NCBI GenBank assembly: GCA_040437565.1
Contig: JBDOQK010000018.1
Location: forward strand, 62,001-126,000
Length of the DNA: 64,000 bases
Direction of reading: 5' to 3'
Source of the DNA: Albugo candida
Lineage: Eukaryota
Shown here: in pieces, positions 14,679 to 24,624 of the stretch
Position numbering within the stretch: position 1 is the stretch's first letter
How the letters are laid out: each line of letters opens with the position of its first letter
Notes under the pieces: generated by a model
What the model saw: only the letters and a program-made list of their open reading frames with translations
The model's database searches: none
Told to the model about the DNA's origin: nothing
Program-made: the position numbers and the translations under genes

Positions 14679-15713
14679 TTATTTCTTTACAGCTTCATCC
14701 TCACTAGAGACACCGTCCCGTTGGATGTCTGCCCACCCTCCTGAAGGCAAACTTTCCGGTTTGCAAACGTGTCTTTTGACAAATTTGTTCATTGAAAACA
14801 TTGTGAACGAATCTCTTTTGAAAACATTTCGAAGATTGTCATCCAAAAGAATTTTCCGTTTGTCAGTTGGGTCTTGGAGTTGATGTTCATGAATGTATTT
14901 CCACAACAACTTGACAATTGTTGGACGTGCAAGACGATCGCTGCCAAGCACCTGAGCCAATTCCGGTGAGACAGCCAACTCTGCATTAAAAGCTGAATTT
15001 CGCTTGGGTATTTTCTCATCTTCACTTGCCTTATCGCCAGTGGTCTTTTTCAATCGCTTCTTTTTCTTCTTACTTGGTTCTTTTTTTGGTGTCTCATCCT
15101 CCTCGCTACTTATTCCATCCCGCAGAATAGCTTTCCATCCTTCTACCGGTAAGTCTTCTGGCTTACGAACATGTCGCTTGATATATTTATTTAGCGTGAA
15201 CATAGTTGCTGCCTCACGCTGAAAAACGGACTTTAATTGCGCATCGAAAACGATCCGTCGTTTATCATTTGGATCTTGTAAGTTATTTGCGCGTATGTAA
15301 TTCCACAGCTCCTTGACGATTTGAGGCCTTGACATGCGATCTGTTCCCATTACCGCTGCTAATTCCGGCGACAAGGAAAGCTCGGCATCAAACGGGCTTT
15401 TGCGTTCTTTTACAATTTTTCTAGTTTGTTTGACGTTCTTTTGCGACAATTTTTTTCCGCTAGTCTCGTTCGGTACGGTTGCTTCATCGCACTCGTCGTC
15501 CGCTTCACACTTTTCGTTCCTTTGCTGATTTTCAATCACTTCTAGTATCGTCTCGTTGATGTATTTTTTGTCGGCTGATAAATCACAACTAAAGAGAGAC
15601 TCGAGTTGATTCCTTACTGTTTTCCTCGATACTGTCTCCAAATTGGCGTCTTTGAGAATTGTCTCGATTTCTGAGCGCAAATTAGCCCGACTTGGGTCCA
15701 TTTTACGAGTCAT
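14679..15713 (-). CDS. DEK-C plus two SWIB/MDM2 domains (UAF30/Spp27-like)
   Basis: N-terminal IETILKDANLETVSRKTVRNQLE, then two LSPELAxVxG..RPxIVKxLWxYI..LQDPxDKRxI repeats. Confidence 0.9.
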   Translation of the reverse strand: MTRKMDPSRANLRSEIETILKDANLETVSRKTVRNQLESLFSCDLSADKKYINETILEVIENQQRNEKCEADDECDEATVPNETSGKKLSQKNVKQTRKIVKERKSPFDAELSLSPELAAVMGTDRMSRPQIVKELWNYIRANNLQDPNDKRRIVFDAQLKSVFQREAATMFTLNKYIKRHVRKPEDLPVEGWKAILRDGISSEEDETPKKEPSKKKKKRLKKTTGDKASEDEKIPKRNSAFNAELAVSPELAQVLGSDRLARPTIVKLLWKYIHEHQLQDPTDKRKILLDDNLRNVFKRDSFTMFSMNKFVKRHVCKPESLPSGGWADIQRDGVSSEDEAVKK

Positions 15714-15814
15714 AGGCTTTGAATACCGGTTTCTTACCGTTTAATGAAGCTGATACCAACCTTATGTTCGTAATTCTATAGCCGTTTTGATCAGCCTCTA
15801 AGAATAGAGGCGTC

Positions 15815-17366
15815 ATGTCGAAAATAGTAGTGTACCATACATCAAATCATTTTGACATGGCGCTTTTTGGGGCTTCCGATCGATTTCCTGCTGAATCGGG
15901 TGTGATTTCATGCACATGAAAGTTGAGCATTACAATTAATCATTGCTGTAGCCCGGTCACCTGGACCGATGTATGCAGTCAACGAGCCGAAGCGCTGGCG
16001 ATCTGCAGCGATAATGAAAACAGACTGCCACGCAATCGATGAGACAAAGCGATGGGGTAAACGAGAGGGGTGGATTGCTGGTATCGTAAATGAAATCTAA
16101 AAAATCCGGCAGTAATTATTTGATTTTGAGCAGCTTCAGACCTTGCCGTGACTTCGAACGCTTCCAAAGGTTCAGTCAAGTTGTAGATTATTGGCACTCA
16201 ATTTCGTTATGCTAACATCTTCCACGATGATAGAAAGAGACTTGGCACCCGGTAAATACAATCAGAATGCAGATGCTATCCTCAAACACGCCCCCGCGAT
16301 CACTTTTCCAAAGTCGCTACGATTTGCCTCGCAAAAAGGTGAGACTGAGTTATGATATTTCAATAAAGTAACGCGACTCGCTTTAGTCAACATGACCGAC
16401 AAAGAGCATCAAAGAGAGTTGCTGACGGTGGACAGTCCTGGTCCAATGTACAATCCCGGGTCAACACTACGTAATGGTGTGAAGCCGAGATGTCAGAAAT
16501 CCTTCACTGCTCCAACACCACCCCAAGCAGGTACTTGCCTCCCTACGGTCAATAAGGCTCCAACACGGAGGTACCGTTGTGCTCCGAGTATGTTCAGGAA
16601 ATGTGCTGATAAGTAAGTCTTAGTTCGCGGGATTCTTGGTTCTCCACAATCAATCGGAAAGACGTTTTGTTGCTCCCTCCTTCCCCTCAGAAACCAGTCG
16701 TTATTCTTTCTCCTTTGGCGATCGAAACTCGAGATGTAGAAAAAACAAAAACGAATTCTTTGTTGAGCATAAAAAGTAGCAAACTCAAATCAATTGGATC
16801 GCTTTTCGGGCATCAAGATCGTTTTGGAGCGCTGCGCTGTAAAGTGAAAAGAAAAGAGGACACAAGTCGCCCTCGTCGCACTCAGCTTATATCCGTCCAA
16901 CACGCTCGAGAGAATCTCGGTACGCACTTTTATATTTACAAGCACCACTCTTGTTTATATAACCACTAAAATGGTTCAGGGGAGTACTCACCGGGTCCAA
17001 TCTACAATCCGCACCGTCCTGTGTGTTCGGGTGGAAGACTAGCACCTGCTTTAAAAACGAGTTTCCGTGAAGCGTACCTTCGAAACGTTCATTCGATTAA
17101 GAACCCAAATTCGAATTTGAGTTCCCGAAGTACGTGGCTTTCTGGTAATATACAGAAACAGCAGAATGGAATAGAAACTGTTGTCGTATGCACAGGTACG
17201 GTAGAGAGCATATTTGCAATTTACTGAACTTTAACCAACATAATTTACAGGCGATATTATACCAGGACCGGGTTCATACATTGACCCACCATCCTCTTTC
17301 TCCAAGCCATCACATAATATTCGAGCGCGGAATTTGGTGAATAAAAACGGTTCGAACGAAAAATGA
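15815..17366 (+). CDS. Sperm-tail PG-rich repeat (SHIPPO/ODF3/STPG-like) axonemal protein, multi-exon
   Basis: Repeated SPGPMYA, APGKYN, SPGPMYNP, SPGPIYNP and PGPGSY motifs in short exons separated by GT-AG introns. Confidence 0.7.
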
Positions 17367-17920
17367 GCTTCAATTGCGACTGATACCGCGAAAGCGTTTG
17401 TATGGCACACAATGTTACGTGATCGCATAGAAACCCCGAGCAAGGTCGTTGGACTTGTATTCTAATTAGATGCGTCACACATGATGGAATCGTATCCTTA
17501 TAAAATAATATTATCAAGTATTACTTATAAACTGCGAGTATTTTACATTAGTAAATTGGACACGCTCACAGACCTAAGCCGTTACCCTTTCTTGCGTCAT
17601 CTTCTCCACTATCTGATGCGTGCTATACAAAAATGTCTTCAACATTGGTATAGTGTGCGGCTGCTAATACTGATAATTGTACACAGTACCGTTCATGTAT
17701 ACAAACGCGAAGAAAAAAGCTTCTACCAAACGTTACTCTCTTTAAATTCATCCAAGTCAACTATACAGCAATAAAGACAGGCGATATCTTCGCTTCTCTA
17801 TAATAGTGTGAAATAGAGAGACATTGAAATTCAGCGTGAACTTTGCTTCTCTCACTTGTGATCTCCTCAAGAAACGACACCACATCTGGCAAGCATAAGA
17901 ATAAGAGAAATCTACTTTAC

Positions 17921-20900
17921 ATGTCACCAAACTCGGACGTCGCATCCTCTGAGGCAGACAGCAAACCCAAAGCAACAGCGGGTACCATCAAAGAAGATAC
18001 TGCAATGGCACTGGACGACATTACCACAAACGTCGACAGAGTCTGCATCGAATGCGATCAAAAAATTGCCGACACGGATGACTTTTGTATATTTTGTGGA
18101 ACCAAAGTCAGTCAGAAACCTGACGAACCCCCAAAATCGGTTCCATCCACTTCAAAGAAGGACAGTGCCACCACCGAGAAGGCCTCATCCACCTCAAACA
18201 AGGATAGCTCCCCCGAGAAGCCGATCAAGAAGCCTTCCACCTCAAATAAGGATGACTCCGTCGCCAAGGATACAAACGAAAAGACCACGTCACAGACTCT
18301 GACCGTCGCGGAGCCATTAGAAAACACTACATCTACAATCGTCGCTTCTACTATTCCCAACGTCGCCTCTGTGCCTGCTGTTTCTAATAAGCCCTCTACA
18401 GATGAAGAAGCTGGGTCCTTCCACGGACGTCGAACAAGCCAGTCCGCAGATGATCGATTCAGTGCGACCTTCCTCGGTAGCAGTGTCGCTTCTTTAGAAC
18501 AGTTATGGGTACCTGACAATTTCTCAAGTAATTGTATGGACTGCAAATACCCTTTTGGATTTCCAAAACCACGACGACATCACTGTCGCGTGTGCGGTTT
18601 ACTTTTCTGTCGAAATTGTTTACAAAATAAAATGATTGTACCAAAATCATTTGGGTACGGCGAAAACAAAGAACGATGCTGTCGTAATTGTGTGACAGCG
18701 TTACAAGTGAAATCGATCAGCTCTCCCGCGGACGTATTTGCACAACGAAAGAGCTCACAACAGCTTCAAAGCCAAGTGAATCGTCAAAACTCGAATTACA
18801 CAGTTGAGAATCAATATGACGTTCTCGGAGTCACCAAAAATGCGTCAGTCAAAGAGATTCAAAACCAATTCCATTCTATGAGCAGCTCTGAAAAAGATCA
18901 AGAAGTGCTGACAAAACTTCAAGATGCTTACGAGACTCTACAGAATCCTTCAAAGCGTCAACAACACGATTCAAACATTGATCGATCTCAAAATTCAATG
19001 TTGGGCGAAAGTTGCAGCTTTCAATCGAATATCACGGAAACGGTCCGGAGCGATCAAACAGAGTGTCAAGTTTGCTATCGACCATTCAAATTTGGTCGAA
19101 GACAACATCATTGTCGTCGATGTACGCGCAGTGTCTGTAACAATTGTTCCGAAGGTATGAAACCCATTTTGGAACTTGGATTTCCACAGCCCGTCCGACA
19201 TTGTAGCACATGTATGACGAACCCACCCAGTTTCATCCAACCTGTTTTAGATCCTGTCACAAAACCACCCGCTGGGTTTGAGTATCTCACTCGTATGGAT
19301 ATTTGTGTGAGCGTAACGTGTGCCACACAACCCAAAGACGAGGAAGTGTACGAAATCAAAACGTATTGTGAGCCAAATGAAGCCGTTCTGAAGGAGATCA
19401 AGTATACACTCACAGAGACTGAGCGAGCCGTGGCGAACGATTACCGGATCACTCATCCTCGAACGCTGTCTGATTTTGAATGGCTTGTGATGGCAATGGG
19501 GAACTGTACCAATATCAAAGCACTACCTTATTTTCCTGATCGAAGAGCAATTCGAAGTGAGCGCGATCGAGGAGCTGCTGGGTATCAAGGGTTCATTGTA
19601 GGGTGCCTACTACATCCTTTACTTCGCGATTCCGATTGTCTCAAAGCGTTTTTGGTCCTTCCAGCGGAAGAATTGAGTAAATACAGGTCCACTAGCAAGC
19701 CTCGTCCTTTGTATGAAAATGAGAAATACGAGAATGTGATCACAGCTCTCCGTTTGGAATTTGAACGAGCTCAAGTGCGTCGTAAAATCGATCTTCTCAA
19801 TAGCCGTAAAAACGCTCATGAGAAGCGCATGGAAGAATTGAAAGATCGACTGAATCAACAGCGTGAACGAGAAGCATCTCAAATTGTGCGTCGTGAAAGC
19901 GCAACGACCCGTTTTCGAGCATTAGAGTCACGAAAAGAATCTCAAACGGAGCGTATGGAGCGCGAAAAGACTCGATATCTCCAGCAAGCAGAAGCTACAC
20001 ACATTCTCTACTTTGACAAGGAACAGGACGCTATTATTCGTAAACAAGAGGAAGAAAATCGTGCGAAAGAAAAGATCGAATTCACAAAATCGAAAGATAT
20101 GTTTCAGAATGATACAACGGAATGGAATACCAATATGGCGCTGTGGAGCAAACACCGTGCCAATTGGTCAGAGCATCACAATCCAGCTGTCTCCAAAGAT
20201 ATCGCGAATGAATGGATCCTCAAGTTTTATGGCGTGTACTACTCGAAAATCGACAGTCTCAACGGAATTGATGGTGTCGATGCTCAAGTTCCACCGGAAT
20301 TGGTCAAACTTCACGCTAGAATGGTCGAATTACAAGAAAAAGAACCAAGTTTCCTCGATGAGGAAGGCAGTGCTGTCGATGACGAATGGAGTAAATTAGC
20401 GAAAGAGCGTGAGCATTGGGCGAGTGATCGAGCGAATATGAAAAGAGAGGATGAAATGTGTAAAGACGAAGACGTCCGATACAAACAAGAGCACGAATTT
20501 GTCTCCAAAGAAGTCGAAGCGCGAGAAACAAAAATCGCTGTCGTCGAAAAAGATATGCAAATGCTCCAACAGCAAATAAAATCTCGTCACAAAATCATCG
20601 CACAGCGCTTCAACCGGCATCAAGCACTGGATCATGAGTTTGAGAAGGAATGGCAAGTGAGTTTGAAAGACCGAACGAATGGAACGAAATCCCGACTCAC
20701 TGCCCATCAGACTCGAATCACTCGCGCAGAGAAGCGATGTGGGCTGTTTCTCGATCAATTCCAAAGACAACAACAAAGTCAGCGAATGCTTTTGTTCAAA
20801 CGAGCGACACTGCTGGAAGAACGGGCTTTGGACACGCATATGTTTGAAGAACACCAAGAAGACTCGCATGTAGCCCTGGAAGCTTGTCAGAATGCCCGAG

Positions 20901-23086
20901 CGCTGACACCTGAATACATAAATCGCATGGAAGCGGACATGAAAAATCGTGCCGAAGAACTGAAAAGCGTGATGGAGAGTAATAAACCAACTTGCCAGGA
21001 AGGAGGAGACTTGGATGAACGTGATGAATTCATGAATAAAGTGCGTCAGCAGCGAACAGAGTACCAGGATGAATTGACACAGCAATTGGAAGCGCTCGAA
21101 CGTGAAGGACAATTGTGTATATCGCTTTTGGAACGCATCCAAAAGTATCAGACAGCGCTGGACGAAGAGATCGAGGACGGCGCTATCGAAGATACGCTGA
21201 TTGCCAATTTTGTAAGCCTCAAGTCGAAAGAAGAGAAATTGTTGAAGGAGGAGGAAGAGTTGCGCGAAGAGAAGAAGAAGAGTATCCAAACGTTGATCAA
21301 TGATGCTGGAACGTGGGTTTTGAAAGCCATCCATGAACATTCCAAACGGAAAAAGGAAGAAGCATCAAGACTCGTCGGCCAAGCTCATCGAGCGGCTGAA
21401 TTGCAGAAATTGGTACAACACTTTACGCATCGCGTGATCGACCAAGAGGAACGTATCATGCGCCAGAAACAACGGATCATCAACTGCGAGCATAAGATTG
21501 AGATGCTGAAGGCGGCTGACAACTGGTATGAATATGTGACTGAGATTCTGAGTCCGGATTTTGGGAAGAAAGATGGGCAAAAACTGGAAGCTGGACGAAT
21601 TGAGAGAATGGAAGACCTCAAGGAAGCTGCTCGACTACAAAAAGAAGATGAGTCCGATATGAAAAAAGTGGCCAACTTGTTGGAAGCTTGTAGAGACTAC
21701 GTACATTCCAAGGAAGAAAAGCGTGCTATCTGGGCCAAAGTGGAAGAAGTGTACAGTGTCTCCAAAGCCCAAGAGAAGGAAGAAGACTTGATGATGACTT
21801 CGCAGATCCGTGACTTGTTGCAGCAGCTTGGAGAAGCATTTGAAATGCTTACGAATCGATTACTGGAAGAAGAAGAAAGCTTGCAACACGCTTCCAACCA
21901 ATTGGAAGGGGAGGTTGAATCCATCAAAAGCTTCATGGAACGCATGGAGAAGGAAGAGAGTACTTTGGGAACTGCTGAGAAGAGCTCACTCGCTAAAGAG
22001 AATCAAGTGAATCGTTCTGAAAGTGATTTGATCAAACAACGAGCACGCACACTCATTGAGACGTACAAACAGATGCATATGGAACACCAAAATTATCCCA
22101 TCAAAGCCGAAAAAATCCAACAACGACGGTCTGAACGTCATGGTCCGGGAGTTGTGCGAGTCGCTGAAATGGAAGCTGTGAAAAAAATCATCAAAACACG
22201 AAATTACTATGATGCTCGTGCTTGTGGTGAATTTGCACGAAAATTCAAGATCGACCAAGAGATGAAGGAAGCTCGTCATGTGTTGGACTGGTTCCGCAAA
22301 GATCTTGAGCAGATTATCCGCGATTCCGAGCAATGGACTGAAGCAAGTCGAAAGGATCGGAAGCAATTTGAAGGCGTCAAATTGAAAGCTGCAGAAATGG
22401 ATTGGGATCATGACACACTTTCGAAAATTCCAGCTCTCTTGGACGTCCAGAAAAAGCTTTCGGATAAAAAGTCGAATGTCTCACAATCCTCTGATCGTCG
22501 AACCTCCAACCGAAGTTCAGGTGTACAGGATAACGTACATCCCGATGAGCAATGGCTTGTGGAATTGATCGATCTAAAGCGTAAAATCTCCGATTTGGAT
22601 GCGGTTGTGCTGAAAAACATTGGGAAAATGTTACTAACTGCTAAAGAAGACGAGAAAGCTGTGGTGGCCAATCTTCAACAGATGAAAAATGACAAGGAAT
22701 ATATCCTTAATACACTGCGATTTATCGACCAGGAAGAAGCAAGAGCCATTCGACTTGCTGGTAAAGTGTCTTTTATATCTCAACGAAACTTGACGGGTCA
22801 TGAGGAATCTGGGTCGGAAGAGGAAACTCCGCGGTCGATGGAAAGAAGCGCATCGTCCGGTAAACGGGTGACGTCAGCTTCAAATAGAAGAGAGAAAAAC
22901 CGTACGGAAGGGCTGAAAAGTGTAAAGAATTCCGAAGAAACAGTCGAGTCACAAATTGAAGAATCAGTTGAACCTGGAAAGCTTCCAGATCCCGCGCGGA
23001 GGACTTCTTCTACAGCTGCAGCGTCAAATTACGGTAAATTGAAAGCTTCCGATGTTGCAGCGGCTACGGCGGTTGCAATTATGTAG
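17921..23086 (+). CDS. ~1720-aa zinc ribbon-FYVE-J-like-FYVE-PX-coiled-coil protein (single exon)
   Basis: CIEC..FCIFCG; WVPD..RRHHCRVCG; YDVLGV..AYETL; RQHHCRRC..VRHC; RTLSDFEWL..HPLLRDSDCLKAFL; then >1000 aa of coiled coil. Confidence 0.85.
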   Translation: MSPNSDVASSEADSKPKATAGTIKEDTAMALDDITTNVDRVCIECDQKIADTDDFCIFCGTKVSQKPDEPPKSVPSTSKKDSATTEKASSTSNKDSSPEKPIKKPSTSNKDDSVAKDTNEKTTSQTLTVAEPLENTTSTIVASTIPNVASVPAVSNKPSTDEEAGSFHGRRTSQSADDRFSATFLGSSVASLEQLWVPDNFSSNCMDCKYPFGFPKPRRHHCRVCGLLFCRNCLQNKMIVPKSFGYGENKERCCRNCVTALQVKSISSPADVFAQRKSSQQLQSQVNRQNSNYTVENQYDVLGVTKNASVKEIQNQFHSMSSSEKDQEVLTKLQDAYETLQNPSKRQQHDSNIDRSQNSMLGESCSFQSNITETVRSDQTECQVCYRPFKFGRRQHHCRRCTRSVCNNCSEGMKPILELGFPQPVRHCSTCMTNPPSFIQPVLDPVTKPPAGFEYLTRMDICVSVTCATQPKDEEVYEIKTYCEPNEAVLKEIKYTLTETERAVANDYRITHPRTLSDFEWLVMAMGNCTNIKALPYFPDRRAIRSERDRGAAGYQGFIVGCLLHPLLRDSDCLKAFLVLPAEELSKYRSTSKPRPLYENEKYENVITALRLEFERAQVRRKIDLLNSRKNAHEKRMEELKDRLNQQREREASQIVRRESATTRFRALESRKESQTERMEREKTRYLQQAEATHILYFDKEQDAIIRKQEEENRAKEKIEFTKSKDMFQNDTTEWNTNMALWSKHRANWSEHHNPAVSKDIANEWILKFYGVYYSKIDSLNGIDGVDAQVPPELVKLHARMVELQEKEPSFLDEEGSAVDDEWSKLAKEREHWASDRANMKREDEMCKDEDVRYKQEHEFVSKEVEARETKIAVVEKDMQMLQQQIKSRHKIIAQRFNRHQALDHEFEKEWQVSLKDRTNGTKSRLTAHQTRITRAEKRCGLFLDQFQRQQQSQRMLLFKRATLLEERALDTHMFEEHQEDSHVALEACQNARALTPEYINRMEADMKNRAEELKSVMESNKPTCQEGGDLDERDEFMNKVRQQRTEYQDELTQQLEALEREGQLCISLLERIQKYQTALDEEIEDGAIEDTLIANFVSLKSKEEKLLKEEEELREEKKKSIQTLINDAGTWVLKAIHEHSKRKKEEASRLVGQAHRAAELQKLVQHFTHRVIDQEERIMRQKQRIINCEHKIEMLKAADNWYEYVTEILSPDFGKKDGQKLEAGRIERMEDLKEAARLQKEDESDMKKVANLLEACRDYVHSKEEKRAIWAKVEEVYSVSKAQEKEEDLMMTSQIRDLLQQLGEAFEMLTNRLLEEEESLQHASNQLEGEVESIKSFMERMEKEESTLGTAEKSSLAKENQVNRSESDLIKQRARTLIETYKQMHMEHQNYPIKAEKIQQRRSERHGPGVVRVAEMEAVKKIIKTRNYYDARACGEFARKFKIDQEMKEARHVLDWFRKDLEQIIRDSEQWTEASRKDRKQFEGVKLKAAEMDWDHDTLSKIPALLDVQKKLSDKKSNVSQSSDRRTSNRSSGVQDNVHPDEQWLVELIDLKRKISDLDAVVLKNIGKMLLTAKEDEKAVVANLQQMKNDKEYILNTLRFIDQEEARAIRLAGKVSFISQRNLTGHEESGSEEETPRSMERSASSGKRVTSASNRREKNRTEGLKSVKNSEETVESQIEESVEPGKLPDPARRTSSTAAASNYGKLKASDVAAATAVAIM

Positions 23087-23194
23087 TCTGGGAGATTAAC
23101 AGTTCAATTTGACCTGTAGAAACAGCGATTTCTTCGGAAGGTGTTCGCGTAACTTCATGTTGCGCGTATATCTGAAAGGGAAACGAAGTGGGCA

Positions 23195-24515
23195 ATGGAT
23201 CTCATTTATGTATGCCACATTAGTTTGTAGTTGCTTTAGTATATCGGCTCTGTTTCATTGGTAGAATAGAGTGGTTTTATAAATCATAATTTTGAGTGAG
23301 ACATTCTTTTTCGTATGGAACTTTTGTGGGGATTTTTACTTTGTATCTTTGCGCTTGCAGCACTGGTACGAAAAGTACGACGGTAGCATTCAATCCAGTA
23401 GATTTATTTGTTTCATAGTCTTTTGCGTGGAGCAAGTTTAGAGCACCTGGATTTGAGGTTGCTGGAAAACACATTTTCATCACCGGTATGGAGAAGCTGT
23501 ATCATTATCACTCGGTTAGTCATCAGTATGTATTAGGTGGCACTTCGGGACTTGGCCTGGCTTTGGCGAAAAAGTATGCAATCGCCGGTGCAAAGGTACA
23601 ACATATAATTGAGCTTTCCTTTTGTATGGGCATGTATCGCATCGCTTGTAGGTTTCTATTATTGGACGGTCTACTGAAAAGCTGAATAGTGCACAGTGTG
23701 AGATCGAGGTATCTGATTGCGATAATGCAAAGTTGTATTGATATAATGAGCTGGTATTGTATCAGGCCGTGCAAAAACCTGGCCAACCTGACGTCTTTGT
23801 GACTTCATGCGATGTCACAAAGTTGAAGGAAATGGAAGACGCAATTGCCGCTGCAAATAGATTCCACAAGCGCGTCACGGATCATCTTATTTGTAATGCT
23901 GGAAGCGCAGAACCTGGGTACTTTCTAGCCCAAGATATGTCGGTTTTTCGCAAGATGATGGATCTCAATTATTTTGGGGTTGTACACACCGTCAAAGCCG
24001 CGTTACCAGCGATGATCGAGCGGAATGAGGCTGCACACATTGTGATCGTATCGAGTGCGTGTGCGCTTATTTCATTCATTGGATATACGCAGTACTGCGC
24101 GTCCAAATATGCAGTTCGTGGATTCGCCGAAGCATTACGCAGCGAAATGCTACTATACAAGATCAACGTGCATGTGTTTTATCCTGGATCTATTGATACT
24201 CCTGGTTATCTCGTCGAGAATCAAACAAAGCCACAAGAAACCTCCACAATAGAGGGCTCTAGCACCTTACATCATCCCGATAGTGTGGCACAATGTTTGA
24301 TAAATGGAGTAAGAAGCGGCAAATTCAGCTTCACCAATGAGCCCATTCTGGATGTGCTTCGTCTTATTGCGAATGGAATTTCCCCTCGTGAAAACTCTGC
24401 TGTTGAATTTCTTCTAATGCCATTTTGCTTCCTCTTTCAGGTCATTTACTTGTTTTATATGGACAACGTGGTTCGTCAAAGTGCTGCCAAACGATCAAAA
24501 AGCAAGTTACAATAA
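23195..24515 (+). CDS. KDSR: 3-ketodihydrosphingosine reductase (KDSR/TSC10-like SDR), multi-exon
   Basis: Spliced ITG|GTSGLG cofactor motif, CNAG, MDLNYFG, YCASK, PGSIDTPG..ENQTKP and a C-terminal TM helix. The start exon is approximate. Confidence 0.85.
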
Positions 24516-24624
24516 ATGTGTGGCCATTTTGATCCGTTTCGCGCAAGTCTGTTTTACATCATAAGACTCATACAAAATGTCCAGGAAACTATGTTTTATG
24601 CCACATTATTTACGGTTTGGATGA

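Noticed and set aside
18145..18255. Three STS(K/N)KD-coding repeats
   Set aside because: An ordinary low-complexity linker expansion within the FYVE protein.
20396..21340. 314-aa antisense ORF and many other overlapping ORFs in the track
   Set aside because: Shadow frames of real genes with biased codons; no recognisable motifs.
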